The notes under the pieces were generated by a model. The model searched no databases. It was not told the DNA's origin and worked only from the letters and a program-made list of their open reading frames with translations. From Sulfurospirillum sp. (GTDB lineage Bacteria; Campylobacterota; Campylobacteria; Campylobacterales; Sulfurospirillaceae), in NCBI GenBank assembly GCA_045047115.1, contig JASFYR010000014.1, positions 68,101 through 132,100 of the forward strand: a stretch of 64,000 nucleotides of DNA. The letters run 5' to 3'. The position numbers and the translations under genes are program-made. Shown here one piece after another: positions 1 to 7,900 of the stretch (the first letter of the stretch is position 1; each line of letters starts with the position of its first letter).

Positions 1-55
1 TTTTTTATGCAAGTTGTACTCCTTGATTAGAAAATTGCCAACAAATGGTTGATTT

Positions 56-706
56 TCAATCTATTTTTTTTTGAAAAATTAGTTTTTTAACAGCTAAAGA
101 GGCGAGGGCTAGACCAAAACTACCTGTGACCCCGACAAAACTTCCTAGCCCTTGGCATTTTGGATTTTCTGCTGAAAAAACCACATCAAAATCTTCTTTA
201 AAGTTACTTTTTTTGAGTTCATGTCTGAATTTTCTCGCTAACCCGTCACCATGAGTTTTCCAAATTGAAGAGATCTGTATTAAGGTAGGATCTGTTTTTT
301 TTGCTCCCCCCATCGAACTTATGAGTTTATATGAACATTTATGAGCAAGCGCTAATTTTGCCGGCATATCGTCTATGGCGTCAATAACCAAATCAAATCT
401 ATCAAAATTAAAATTTTCTACCCATTTGGGAGTTACTTTCAGATTGAATGCTTCTATGCCATTGTAGATCTTTTGCATTACATCGACTTTGATTTCATCG
501 ATGTTTTCACTGCCTAATTGTCTATTTTGATTTGTTACTTCAAAGGTGTCAAAGTCGATGACAGTTATCTCTTTTACACCGGTTCGCCATAGTGCATCCA
601 GACAAAATCCTCCAACTCCGCCGATCCCGAGAAGAAGAATTTTTGCATTTTTTATTCTTTGGAAATCGTTGCCAAAGAGCAGTTTGCATCTAGAATACCT
701 ATCCAT
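56..706 (-). CDS. tcdA: ThiF/MoeB-family protein, tRNA threonylcarbamoyladenosine dehydratase
   Basis: GIGGVG Rossmann motif, DFDTFEVTNQNRQ, SSMGGA; next to surE as in Campylobacter. Confidence 0.85.
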   Translation of the reverse strand: MDRYSRCKLLFGNDFQRIKNAKILLLGIGGVGGFCLDALWRTGVKEITVIDFDTFEVTNQNRQLGSENIDEIKVDVMQKIYNGIEAFNLKVTPKWVENFNFDRFDLVIDAIDDMPAKLALAHKCSYKLISSMGGAKKTDPTLIQISSIWKTHGDGLARKFRHELKKSNFKEDFDVVFSAENPKCQGLGSFVGVTGSFGLALASLAVKKLIFQKKID

Positions 707-1481
707 TGTTTATCCAGTTCTTTAAGCTCTCCATCTCTTCGTGCGCACTCATATCAAGTTTTATGGGTGAGATAGAGACAAACCCCTCTTCTATAGCACT
801 TAGATCACAATCTTTGCTTGGATTTTCTTTATGCCTAAGTGCATGGGTTCCTAGCCAATAATACTCTTCTCCTCTCGGGTTTCTATGAAGATGGGCATCA
901 TTTCCATAGACTCTATACCCGGCACTGGTGATTTTGTAGCCTTTAAATTCATTGGTAAAAGGGACATTTATATTTAAAAATTTTCTTTTGGCAAGTGGGA
1001 AATCTTCATCAAAAATCTTTTTTACAATATCATATATAACAAATTGAGCCAATTTATAACTATCTTTTGTAAGACTTCCGGGTGATTTATCATATACTTG
1101 AGAAATTGCAATAGCAGGAATCCCTTGTAAAACAGCTTCCATAGCGGCACTTGCGGTCCCGCTGTATGTTATGTCTTCTCCCATGTTTGAGCCTTGATTT
1201 ATGCCGCTCACCACCAAATCAGGCCTGCTGTCATCCCTGAAAAGTGCATTTAAAGAGAGGTATATACAATCACTTGGTGTCCCGTCATCCAGCTTAAAAA
1301 AATCATCCTCTATGGTGATGAATCTCAATGGGCGGGTAAGTGTAAGAGAGTGTCCACAAGCAGATTTTTCACTGCTAGGAGCAACAACTGTTATGTGACC
1401 AAGGGGTAAAAGAGCTTCTTTTAAGGCTTTTAGACCATCACTTTCAAAACCATCATCATTTGTTATTAGAATTTTTTTCAT
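699..1481 (-). CDS. surE: 5'/3'-nucleotidase SurE
   Basis: ILITNDDG, GTPSDC, SGINQGSNMGEDITYSGT motifs. Confidence 0.97.
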   Translation of the reverse strand: MKKILITNDDGFESDGLKALKEALLPLGHITVVAPSSEKSACGHSLTLTRPLRFITIEDDFFKLDDGTPSDCIYLSLNALFRDDSRPDLVVSGINQGSNMGEDITYSGTASAAMEAVLQGIPAIAISQVYDKSPGSLTKDSYKLAQFVIYDIVKKIFDEDFPLAKRKFLNINVPFTNEFKGYKITSAGYRVYGNDAHLHRNPRGEEYYWLGTHALRHKENPSKDCDLSAIEEGFVSISPIKLDMSAHEEMESLKNWINNG

Positions 1482-1532
1482 AGGGTACTTTCAAATTTTT
1501 ATGAAATTATACACAAAAATTTAAAATAAGTG

Positions 1533-1558
1533 GATGGTTGTCAAAGAAGACAACCATC
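1533..1558 (-). terminator. Hairpin terminator after the DUF1104-like gene
   Basis: gatggttgtc-aaagaa-gacaaccatc 10-bp stem about 30 bp downstream of the stop. Confidence 0.6.
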
Positions 1559-1587
1559 TTTTGAAGTTTTTTTGTATTGTTGTGAAA

Positions 1588-1968
1588 TTATCTTTTTCCC
1601 ATGCCGCCACCAGAGCCGCCACCGAAGCCACCCATGCCACCACCAGAGCCGCCACCGAAGCCACCCATGCCGCTACCCATTCCTTCACCTGTTCCGCCGG
1701 CAGATTCACCCATGCTGCCATCACCGCTACCATCCCTAGCTGTTGTTCCTAGCTGGGCTCCTGAGCCACCAGGTGCGATACCTAGAGCTGTTCTCTCTTC
1801 GGTTGTCATTGTGGAGACTCTGCTTTGCATCTCTTCTTGAAATGCTGCTTTCTCTTCAGTTGCTATTGTGCCTTTTGCTGCAACTAAATCCTCTGTGCTC
1901 ATTGATGCGAAATCTGTCGCATTCAATACTCCCGCAGCTAAAATTGCTGCCAAAACTAATCTTTTCAT
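1588..1968 (-). CDS. Exported DUF1104-like protein with Gly/Met-rich tail
   Basis: Signal peptide MKRLVLAAILAAGVLNA; TDFASMSTEDL...MQSRVSTMTTEER resembles DUF1104; GGAG RBS. Confidence 0.75.
   Translation of the reverse strand: MKRLVLAAILAAGVLNATDFASMSTEDLVAAKGTIATEEKAAFQEEMQSRVSTMTTEERTALGIAPGGSGAQLGTTARDGSGDGSMGESAGGTGEGMGSGMGGFGGGSGGGMGGFGGGSGGGMGKR
1598..1673. repeat. 33-bp GC-rich coding tandem repeat, about 2.3 copies (MGGFGGGSGGG)
   Basis: cccatgcc(g/a)ccaccagagccgccaccgaagcca at 1598 and 1631, partial copy at 1664. Confidence 0.9.
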
Positions 1969-2035
1969 TTTTGACTCCTTATGTGTTTTGATGGTGAAAT
2001 TATCACAAAAGAGTGTTACTGAAATGTTAACTGGA

Positions 2036-2455
2036 TTATTTTTGCAAAATTACTTTATTATCCCGAACATTTATAATTTTGACTTTATCTCCATTTTTGT
2101 ATCCACTGATATCATCAAGTGTTTTCCAGTAGGTTCCGTCAAATTTTATCGCTCCGTCTTCTATGGTTCCGATTCCGCTTACATGTGCTCTCTCTTCTTT
2201 TTCGTTTTTGGATTTAGAGAGTTTCTTCAAGAGTGTTTTGCGCAAGATAAAGGTAAAAATCAAAGCAGATATAAAAGCGACAGCGATTTGCAGTGCTCCG
2301 TTGTCAAACATATAAAAGTATGAAATTATCGAGACCAGTACAAATCCTATGCCTATGAAAAAAAGAACAAAAGAAAAGGTCAATGCTTCGAGACCGATAA
2401 GCAGTATGCCAAAAGCCAAAAGCCAAGATGCTGCGATAGTTTCGATCATAATCAA
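2036..2455 (-). CDS. NfeD-family membrane protein (short form)
   Basis: Three TM helices plus OB-like C-terminus (GAIKFDGTYWK); coupled to SPFH gene. Confidence 0.85.
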   Translation of the reverse strand: MIMIETIAASWLLAFGILLIGLEALTFSFVLFFIGIGFVLVSIISYFYMFDNGALQIAVAFISALIFTFILRKTLLKKLSKSKNEKEERAHVSGIGTIEDGAIKFDGTYWKTLDDISGYKNGDKVKIINVRDNKVILQK

Positions 2456-3366
2456 GCCTTTTTGGATGAGATGAATTCTTTTAAAACCGACAAAGATCCA
2501 ATGAGCTCTGTAGTCTCATATGGAATTACTATTTTATCTTTAGATGAGCTTTTTGCTAATTTGGAAAATGCCTTTACTCTGTCTTTTGCGAGCATAAACT
2601 CTGCTGCTTTTGTATTTTCTGCCATAGCACTGTTTATCATGAGTATTGCATTTTGCTGACCTTCTGCCAGTTTTTCCTGTTCATATTTTTTTGCATCAGC
2701 CATTCTCTCTATGGCATCTGCTTGTAAAAATGTCTTTTCTTTTGCACCCTCTGCTTCTTGGATGACTGCTTCTTTGTTTGCCTGTGCTTTCAATTCTATC
2801 GCTCTTTTTTCTCTTTCGGCTTTCATTTGAAGATTCATAGCTTCTTCGATTTCTATAGGTACGGATATATCTCTTAGCTCAACTCTCATGGTTTTAACAC
2901 CCCATTTAGACGAAGCTTCATCTATGGCACGGAGTATTTTTCTATTTAGTGTATCTCTTGAAGAGAGAGTCTCATCGAGTGCCAATTGACCAATTTCAGC
3001 TCTTAAGGTTGTGGTAGAAAGATTTGAAAGAGCTGATTTAAAATTTACAACACCATATGTTGCTTTTTTGGCATCCTCAACCTGTATAAAAACTATGCCG
3101 TCAACGCTTATGTTTACATTATCTTTCGTGATAACATTTTGTTGTGGTATATTTATGATTTGTTCTTGTTTGGTTAATTTAGAGGCAATATTATCAAGTA
3201 TAGGTATAATGATGTGAAATCCACCCTCAAGGGTACGGTTAAATTTACCAAGTCTTTCAATTACATAGGCATGCGTTTGTGGTACGATTACCACACCTTT
3301 TATAATAATGATTCCGATTGCGATGATTATAGCAAAACTTATGATACTGGCTGCTTCATACTGCAT
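2452..3366 (-). CDS. SPFH/stomatin-like (QmcA-type) protein
   Basis: N-terminal TM; VIERLGKF, QNVITKDNV, QMKAEREKRA. Confidence 0.93.
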   Translation of the reverse strand: MQYEAASIISFAIIIAIGIIIIKGVVIVPQTHAYVIERLGKFNRTLEGGFHIIIPILDNIASKLTKQEQIINIPQQNVITKDNVNISVDGIVFIQVEDAKKATYGVVNFKSALSNLSTTTLRAEIGQLALDETLSSRDTLNRKILRAIDEASSKWGVKTMRVELRDISVPIEIEEAMNLQMKAEREKRAIELKAQANKEAVIQEAEGAKEKTFLQADAIERMADAKKYEQEKLAEGQQNAILMINSAMAENTKAAEFMLAKDRVKAFSKLAKSSSKDKIVIPYETTELIGSLSVLKEFISSKKA

Positions 3367-3409
3367 GATAACTCCTTTAAATTTATGATACTTAAATTTT
3401 CTATTTCAG

Positions 3410-4276
3410 TCAAGGTTTAATAAAATCTTTAAATTCTCTAAAAAGTCTGCTTTGATGTTTATTTTTGTGGTAAATAAGGTAAAAATCTCTTTTTATCTCT
3501 ATATTTTTTAATTTTAGCTCAAAAAGTTCACCTCTTTGAAGTTCTTTTTCTACTGCCCGTTTAGATATACAGGTGATTACATTTGCATTGTTACACAATA
3601 GAGTTTTTGCCTCTTCAAATTCACTGAATTCCATAAAAATTTTTATATCTTTTGAAAAATTACCCAAGGCATTTAAAAAGATCTCTCTTGTTCCTGAGCC
3701 TTTTTCTCTTAATATCCATTTTTTTTCAAACAATTCATCTATATAAAATTCTCTATTTTTTAACTTTTTATTGCTGGTAACTATGACAGGGTTGTCTTCG
3801 CCTATCGTTTCTTTAACGATTTGAGGTTCTATGTAGTCGGACTCTATAAAACCCATATCTATACTCCCATTTTTTATAAGCTTAATGATATTTGCTGAGT
3901 TTTGTATATCTCTGTTTATCTTTACATGTGGAAACTTCACTAAAAAGTTATATATGATTTGAGGCATTATAAACTCGCCTATGGTTTTGCTTAGAGCTAT
4001 ATTGAGTTGTCCTGAGATTTTATCTTTTACGAAAAGTTCCTCGGCATCTTTGAGGTTCAAAAAGTGTTCATAAGTTTTCTCTTTAAACTCTCTACCCCTG
4101 TCGTTTAGAAGTAGTTTTTTGCCAATCCTGTCAAAAAGTTTGGTATCCAACTTTTTTTCAAGTGATTTTATAGACAAAGAGAGTGCTGATTGGGTTAAGT
4201 TCAACTCCTTGGCAAGGGAGCTTATGTGTGTATTATCGCTTAGTTTATAAAAAATATTTAATTCTTTGAGTGTCAT
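3410..4276 (-). CDS. LysR-family regulator (YeiE/CysL-like)
   Basis: N-terminal HTH LTQSALSLSIKSLE...LFDR; WILREKGSGTRE; divergent from YeiH-family gene. Confidence 0.92.
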   Translation of the reverse strand: MTLKELNIFYKLSDNTHISSLAKELNLTQSALSLSIKSLEKKLDTKLFDRIGKKLLLNDRGREFKEKTYEHFLNLKDAEELFVKDKISGQLNIALSKTIGEFIMPQIIYNFLVKFPHVKINRDIQNSANIIKLIKNGSIDMGFIESDYIEPQIVKETIGEDNPVIVTSNKKLKNREFYIDELFEKKWILREKGSGTREIFLNALGNFSKDIKIFMEFSEFEEAKTLLCNNANVITCISKRAVEKELQRGELFELKLKNIEIKRDFYLIYHKNKHQSRLFREFKDFIKP

Positions 4277-4387
4277 AGAAATCTCCCGCTCTTATATAAA
4301 AAATATTTAATATTATAGCAAAATTAATTTATTTTACTTATATATAGAATGATAGTATAATTCCGAAATTTTAAAAAGGGTTTATAT

Positions 4388-5416
4388 ATGTTCAATAAAG
4401 AAAACAGAGGCCACACATTAAGTGGTATACTTTTTGTTGCGTTATTCGCGATGAGTGCTACATATCTGGCAGATTTTGCGATATTTAAGCATTTGGCTAT
4501 TAGTCCGCTTATCATCGGTATCGTTTTGGGGATTGTTTATGCAAATACTTTAAGAAACAAACTCCCTGGTGAATGGGTTCCGGGAATTATATTTTCTACA
4601 AAAATCCTACTGAGAGCAGGAATCATATTTTATGGCTTTAGATTGACTTTCCAAAGCATAGAAGCAGTTGGAATTTCCGGGATTTTTATGAGTGTAACGA
4701 TAGTGACTTTAACATTTATCTTGGGTTATTTTATCGGGGTAAAAGTTTTAAAGATGGATAGAGATACGACCATATTGGTTACAGCAGGAAGCTCTATCTG
4801 TGGAGCTGCTGCAGTACTGGCAACTGAGCCTGTTGTTAATAGCGAGCCTTATAAAAGTGCAATAGCAGTGTCAACTGTCATAGTTTTTGGAACGACTGCA
4901 ATGTTTTTATATCCGTTTCTATATAGGATGGGGTATATTCCGCTAAGTCCGCAAGAGATGGGTATATATATCGGTGGAACTATTCATGAGGTGGCTCATG
5001 CAGTCGCAGCGGGAAATGCGGTTGGTCCTGAGGCTGCAAAGACTGCAGTTATAGTGAAGATGATAAGAGTGATGATGATAGCACCGTTTTTACTAGTCTT
5101 GGGATTTTGGTTGGCAAAAACAACAAAAGTGGTTGGTAAAAAGCAAAAAGCCAAGATAGTTATCCCTTGGTTTGCCGTCTTTTTTATGGTGGTAGCAGGA
5201 TTTAACTCTCTTAATCTTTTGCCTACTCATTTAGTGACTGATATCAACTCCATAGATACTTTTTTACTAACTATGGCGATGAGTGCCCTTGGTATGGAAA
5301 CAAGTATAGATAAGTTCAAAAAAGCGGGAATGAAACCCATATATCTTGCATCAATTCTCTTTATATGGTTGATTTTTGGTGGATTCTATATAGTCAAGCT
5401 TGCAGTTAGTCTGTAG
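4388..5416 (+). CDS. yeiH: YeiH-family putative sulfate/sulfite exporter
   Basis: Polytopic membrane protein; AGSSICGAAAVLA, GGTIHEVAHAVAAG, AVIVKMIRVMM. Confidence 0.9.
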   Translation: MFNKENRGHTLSGILFVALFAMSATYLADFAIFKHLAISPLIIGIVLGIVYANTLRNKLPGEWVPGIIFSTKILLRAGIIFYGFRLTFQSIEAVGISGIFMSVTIVTLTFILGYFIGVKVLKMDRDTTILVTAGSSICGAAAVLATEPVVNSEPYKSAIAVSTVIVFGTTAMFLYPFLYRMGYIPLSPQEMGIYIGGTIHEVAHAVAAGNAVGPEAAKTAVIVKMIRVMMIAPFLLVLGFWLAKTTKVVGKKQKAKIVIPWFAVFFMVVAGFNSLNLLPTHLVTDINSIDTFLLTMAMSALGMETSIDKFKKAGMKPIYLASILFIWLIFGGFYIVKLAVSL

Positions 5417-5468
5417 CTTATAATAGCTTAAATGAGTCAGAGTTTAACTTTAAACTAAATAAGATTTT

Positions 5469-5559
5469 GAAAAGCCATATACGGGAAATTCCGCACGTAC
5501 GGATTTGTGAGGGTTCTACCTATGACCGATTTATTGGTTAATAGGTAGTTCTACTCGAT
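5469..5559 (+). ncRNA. Group II intron 3' remnant (domains V and VI)
   Basis: DV aagccatatacgggaaattccgcacgtacggattt (AGC triad, GAAA-type loop, AC bulge); DVI stem ctacctat/ataggtag; canonical end ctactcgAT. Confidence 0.88.
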
Positions 5560-5585
5560 GCAATCAGAAGAGGAGGTATAAACTT

Positions 5586-6716
5586 ATGCTGTCTTTTGAA
5601 GAAAAAGCTATCTCATTATTGCAAGAAGCAGGTATTGAGTTAAATGGTAAAAATCCTTGGGATATACAAGTTTACAATGATAAGGTTTACGAGCATACCC
5701 TTCTTGGTGGTACTATAGCATTTGGTGAAGCATATATGGACGGCTGGTGGGATGTAGAAAGACTAGATAAATTTTTTGAAAAGATTTTTTTACTACACAT
5801 AGATGAAAAAATAAAATCCCCTGTTTTAATGTTTTTCAAGCTCAAGTCATTTTTATTCAATTTACAAAAAGAAAAAAAATCATTTAAAGTTGGAGAAGTT
5901 CATTATAATATAGGTAATGATTTGTACTCTAAAATGCTTGACAAGAGAATGGTTTATACTTGTGGCTATTGGGATGCTTTTCAAGATATACCTGCGGCAA
6001 AAAATCTTGATGAAGCACAAGAAAATAAACTTGAAATGATATGCAGAAAACTTCGAATTAAAAAAGGCGATAAGATTTTAGATATAGGATGCGGTTGGGG
6101 AAGTTTTATGCGCTATGCAGCAGAAAAATACGGTGCTCATTGCGTAGGAATTTCAGTATCGAAAGAACAAGTAAAACTTGGCAATCAAACAAAAGGAAAT
6201 TTACCGATAGAGTTTAGGCTGCAAGATTATAGAGATGTAGAAGAGAAATTTGATCATATTGTATCTATCGGAATGTTTGAGCATGTTGGATATAAAAATT
6301 ATAGAACATATATGGAAGTTGTATATAAAAATCTCAAAGATGAAGGACTATTTTTATTACATACCATAGGATCCAATGTCAGTTTGATAGCAACTGATCC
6401 TTGGATAAATAAATATATATTTCCAAACTCTATGCTGCCATCTGCCAAACAGATATCAAAAGCGACTGAGGGCTTATTTGTTATGGAGGATTGGCATAAT
6501 TTTGGAATCCAATATGATCATACTTTAATGGCTTGGTATAACAACTTTGAAAAATATTGGCCGGATATTAAAAATCAATATAATAAAAAATTTTATAGAA
6601 TGTGGAAATTTTATCTCCTTTCATCAGCGGCAACTTTTAGAACTAGACAAAATCAAGTTTGGCAAATCGTCTTGTCTAAACACAGCATAAAAAAAGATTA
6701 TAAAAGAATCGTTTAA
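5586..6716 (+). CDS. cfa: Cyclopropane-fatty-acyl-phospholipid synthase
   Basis: GEAYMDGWW, HYNIGNDLY, ILDIGCGWG SAM motif, SIGMFEHVG; AGGAGG RBS. Confidence 0.96.
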   Translation: MLSFEEKAISLLQEAGIELNGKNPWDIQVYNDKVYEHTLLGGTIAFGEAYMDGWWDVERLDKFFEKIFLLHIDEKIKSPVLMFFKLKSFLFNLQKEKKSFKVGEVHYNIGNDLYSKMLDKRMVYTCGYWDAFQDIPAAKNLDEAQENKLEMICRKLRIKKGDKILDIGCGWGSFMRYAAEKYGAHCVGISVSKEQVKLGNQTKGNLPIEFRLQDYRDVEEKFDHIVSIGMFEHVGYKNYRTYMEVVYKNLKDEGLFLLHTIGSNVSLIATDPWINKYIFPNSMLPSAKQISKATEGLFVMEDWHNFGIQYDHTLMAWYNNFEKYWPDIKNQYNKKFYRMWKFYLLSSAATFRTRQNQVWQIVLSKHSIKKDYKRIV

Positions 6717-6740
6717 CCAATAAAATATAAAAAAATTGTA

Positions 6741-6975
6741 GGCACTGTAAACCAAACTGTGTAAACCACCTCTAACCCTCGCTTCTTACCTTGCATATTT
6801 TATCATAATATCTTGAAAGAATATGCAAAGTTGAGGGTAAATCTCACTCCAGTTTCTGATTTTTGTCCTGTTCCATTTATCTTGAACCTGCTGGGTTGAG
6901 AGATAAAGCATTTTAAAGGCTGATTCTATAGTAGGAAATGAGCCTTTATTTTTTGTTCTTCTTTTGATACACATT
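6741..6975 (-). mobile_element. IS256-family remnant (transposase C-terminus plus right IR)
   Basis: KRRTKNKGSFPTIESAFKMLYL...NWSEIYPQL; IR ggcactgtaaaccaaactgtgtaaa at 6741-6765. Confidence 0.85.
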
Positions 6976-6987
6976 GGGGGCCAGGGC

Positions 6988-7105
6988 CAATGCCGTTTAG
7001 TTAAGCCTCACAACCCCCATAACAGCGCACTCTAACATCATCTAAAATCCATTCTTTATCTTTATCCGGAAGAAAAAAGAGATCAAATGCATAATTTTTT
7101 ATAGT
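6988..7105 (-). mobile_element. Probable IS4-family right-end remnant
   Basis: caatgccgtttagttaag closely resembles the IS4 TIR (TAATGCCGATCAGTTAAG); a minus-strand frame ...VRVRCYGGCEA* stops inside the IR. Confidence 0.6.
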
Positions 7106-7107
7106 AT

Positions 7108-7578
7108 TAAAGGCTTTCACAAAAGCTGGGGCTGAGAAAGCATTATTACAATTAGAGCAAAAATGGGGTAAAAGATATCCTATGGTTATTAACTCTTGGA
7201 CTAAAACTCAAGAAGAGTTATTAGCTTACTTTGAGTATTCAGAGCTTATTAGAAGGGTTATTTATACTACCAATACAACTGAGGGATTTAATAGACAAAA
7301 AAAGTAAAACGCTTTTTGCTTTAGCAAAAATTTTTCCTGAAATTAGAAAAATAACTAAAACTAAAGGAGGATTTAACAGTAACGAATCTTTGTTTAAATT
7401 GGTATTTTTAGCTTATAAAGATATAGCTAAAAAATGGGAAAAATCTATTTCAAACTGGGCAGAGATTATATCTCAATTTTCAATAATATTTGAAGATAGA
7501 CTTAACGGATATATTAGGTAAAGTTATGTATAATTACATTAATAAAAAGATCATTTACACAAAATTGGACGCGCTCTC
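7108..7578 (+). pseudogene. Second IS256-family remnant: frameshifted transposase C-terminus plus right IR
   Basis: KWGKRYP...IRRVIYTTNTTEGFNRQ then IRKITKTKGGF in another frame; IR tttacacaaaattggacgcgctctc at 7554-7578. Confidence 0.87.
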
Positions 7579-7652
7579 AACTTTTAATACTCTGACTCAT
7601 TTAATACTTCAATATTCTGTCACCTTTGTAAACAAATACTACACAAAAGCTA

Positions 7653-7661
7653 TGCTATAAT
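7653..7661 (+). promoter_or_regulatory. Extended -10 promoter (TGnTATAAT)
   Basis: tgctataat followed by AAGGA RBS and ATG at 7683. Confidence 0.6.
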
Positions 7662-7682
7662 GAGAATAAAAAAGGATATGTA

Positions 7683-7868
7683 ATGTGTATTATGCATGCC
7701 CCGATAAATAGAAAAACTATCAATGTATCAAATAGAGACAAGACAAAAAAAGTCCGACCATCCTTCAATGAAGATTTGCTAAAGCCTGATCCAAATTTTA
7801 TAGATGAGAGAAAAAAGGTAGAATCAACACCGCAAAAGAGAGGTTTTTTTGCTAAAATTCTGCAATAG
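7683..7868 (+). CDS. Small hypothetical protein (61 aa)
   Basis: Own promoter and RBS; C-terminus KRGFFAKILQ. Confidence 0.6.
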   Translation: MCIMHAPINRKTINVSNRDKTKKVRPSFNEDLLKPDPNFIDERKKVESTPQKRGFFAKILQ

Positions 7869-7900
7869 GGTATAATTCTCTAAAAAATTAGGGTTTTAAT

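Larger units (their letters stand above)
5428..7604. mobile_element. Accessory island bounded by a 16-bp perfect inverted repeat (ttaaatgagtcagagt 5428-5443 / actctgactcatttaa 7589-7604)
   Basis: Inverted repeat read directly; contents are mobile-element fragments plus cfa. Confidence 0.65.

Noticed and set aside
1521..1991. Several overlapping alternative ORFs (Pro-rich, His/Arg-rich, Ala/Thr-rich)
   Set aside because: Shadow frames of the GC-rich Gly repeat in the DUF1104-like gene
4246..4311. 17-bp direct repeat tataaaaaatatttaat at 4246 and 4295 as LysR operators
   Set aside because: Pure A/T low-complexity sequence in an AT-rich genome; cannot be distinguished from chance
5469..6716. 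Integron gene cassette with an attC-targeting group IIC intron
   Set aside because: No convincing attC site or integrase, and DV is not of the shortened IIC type
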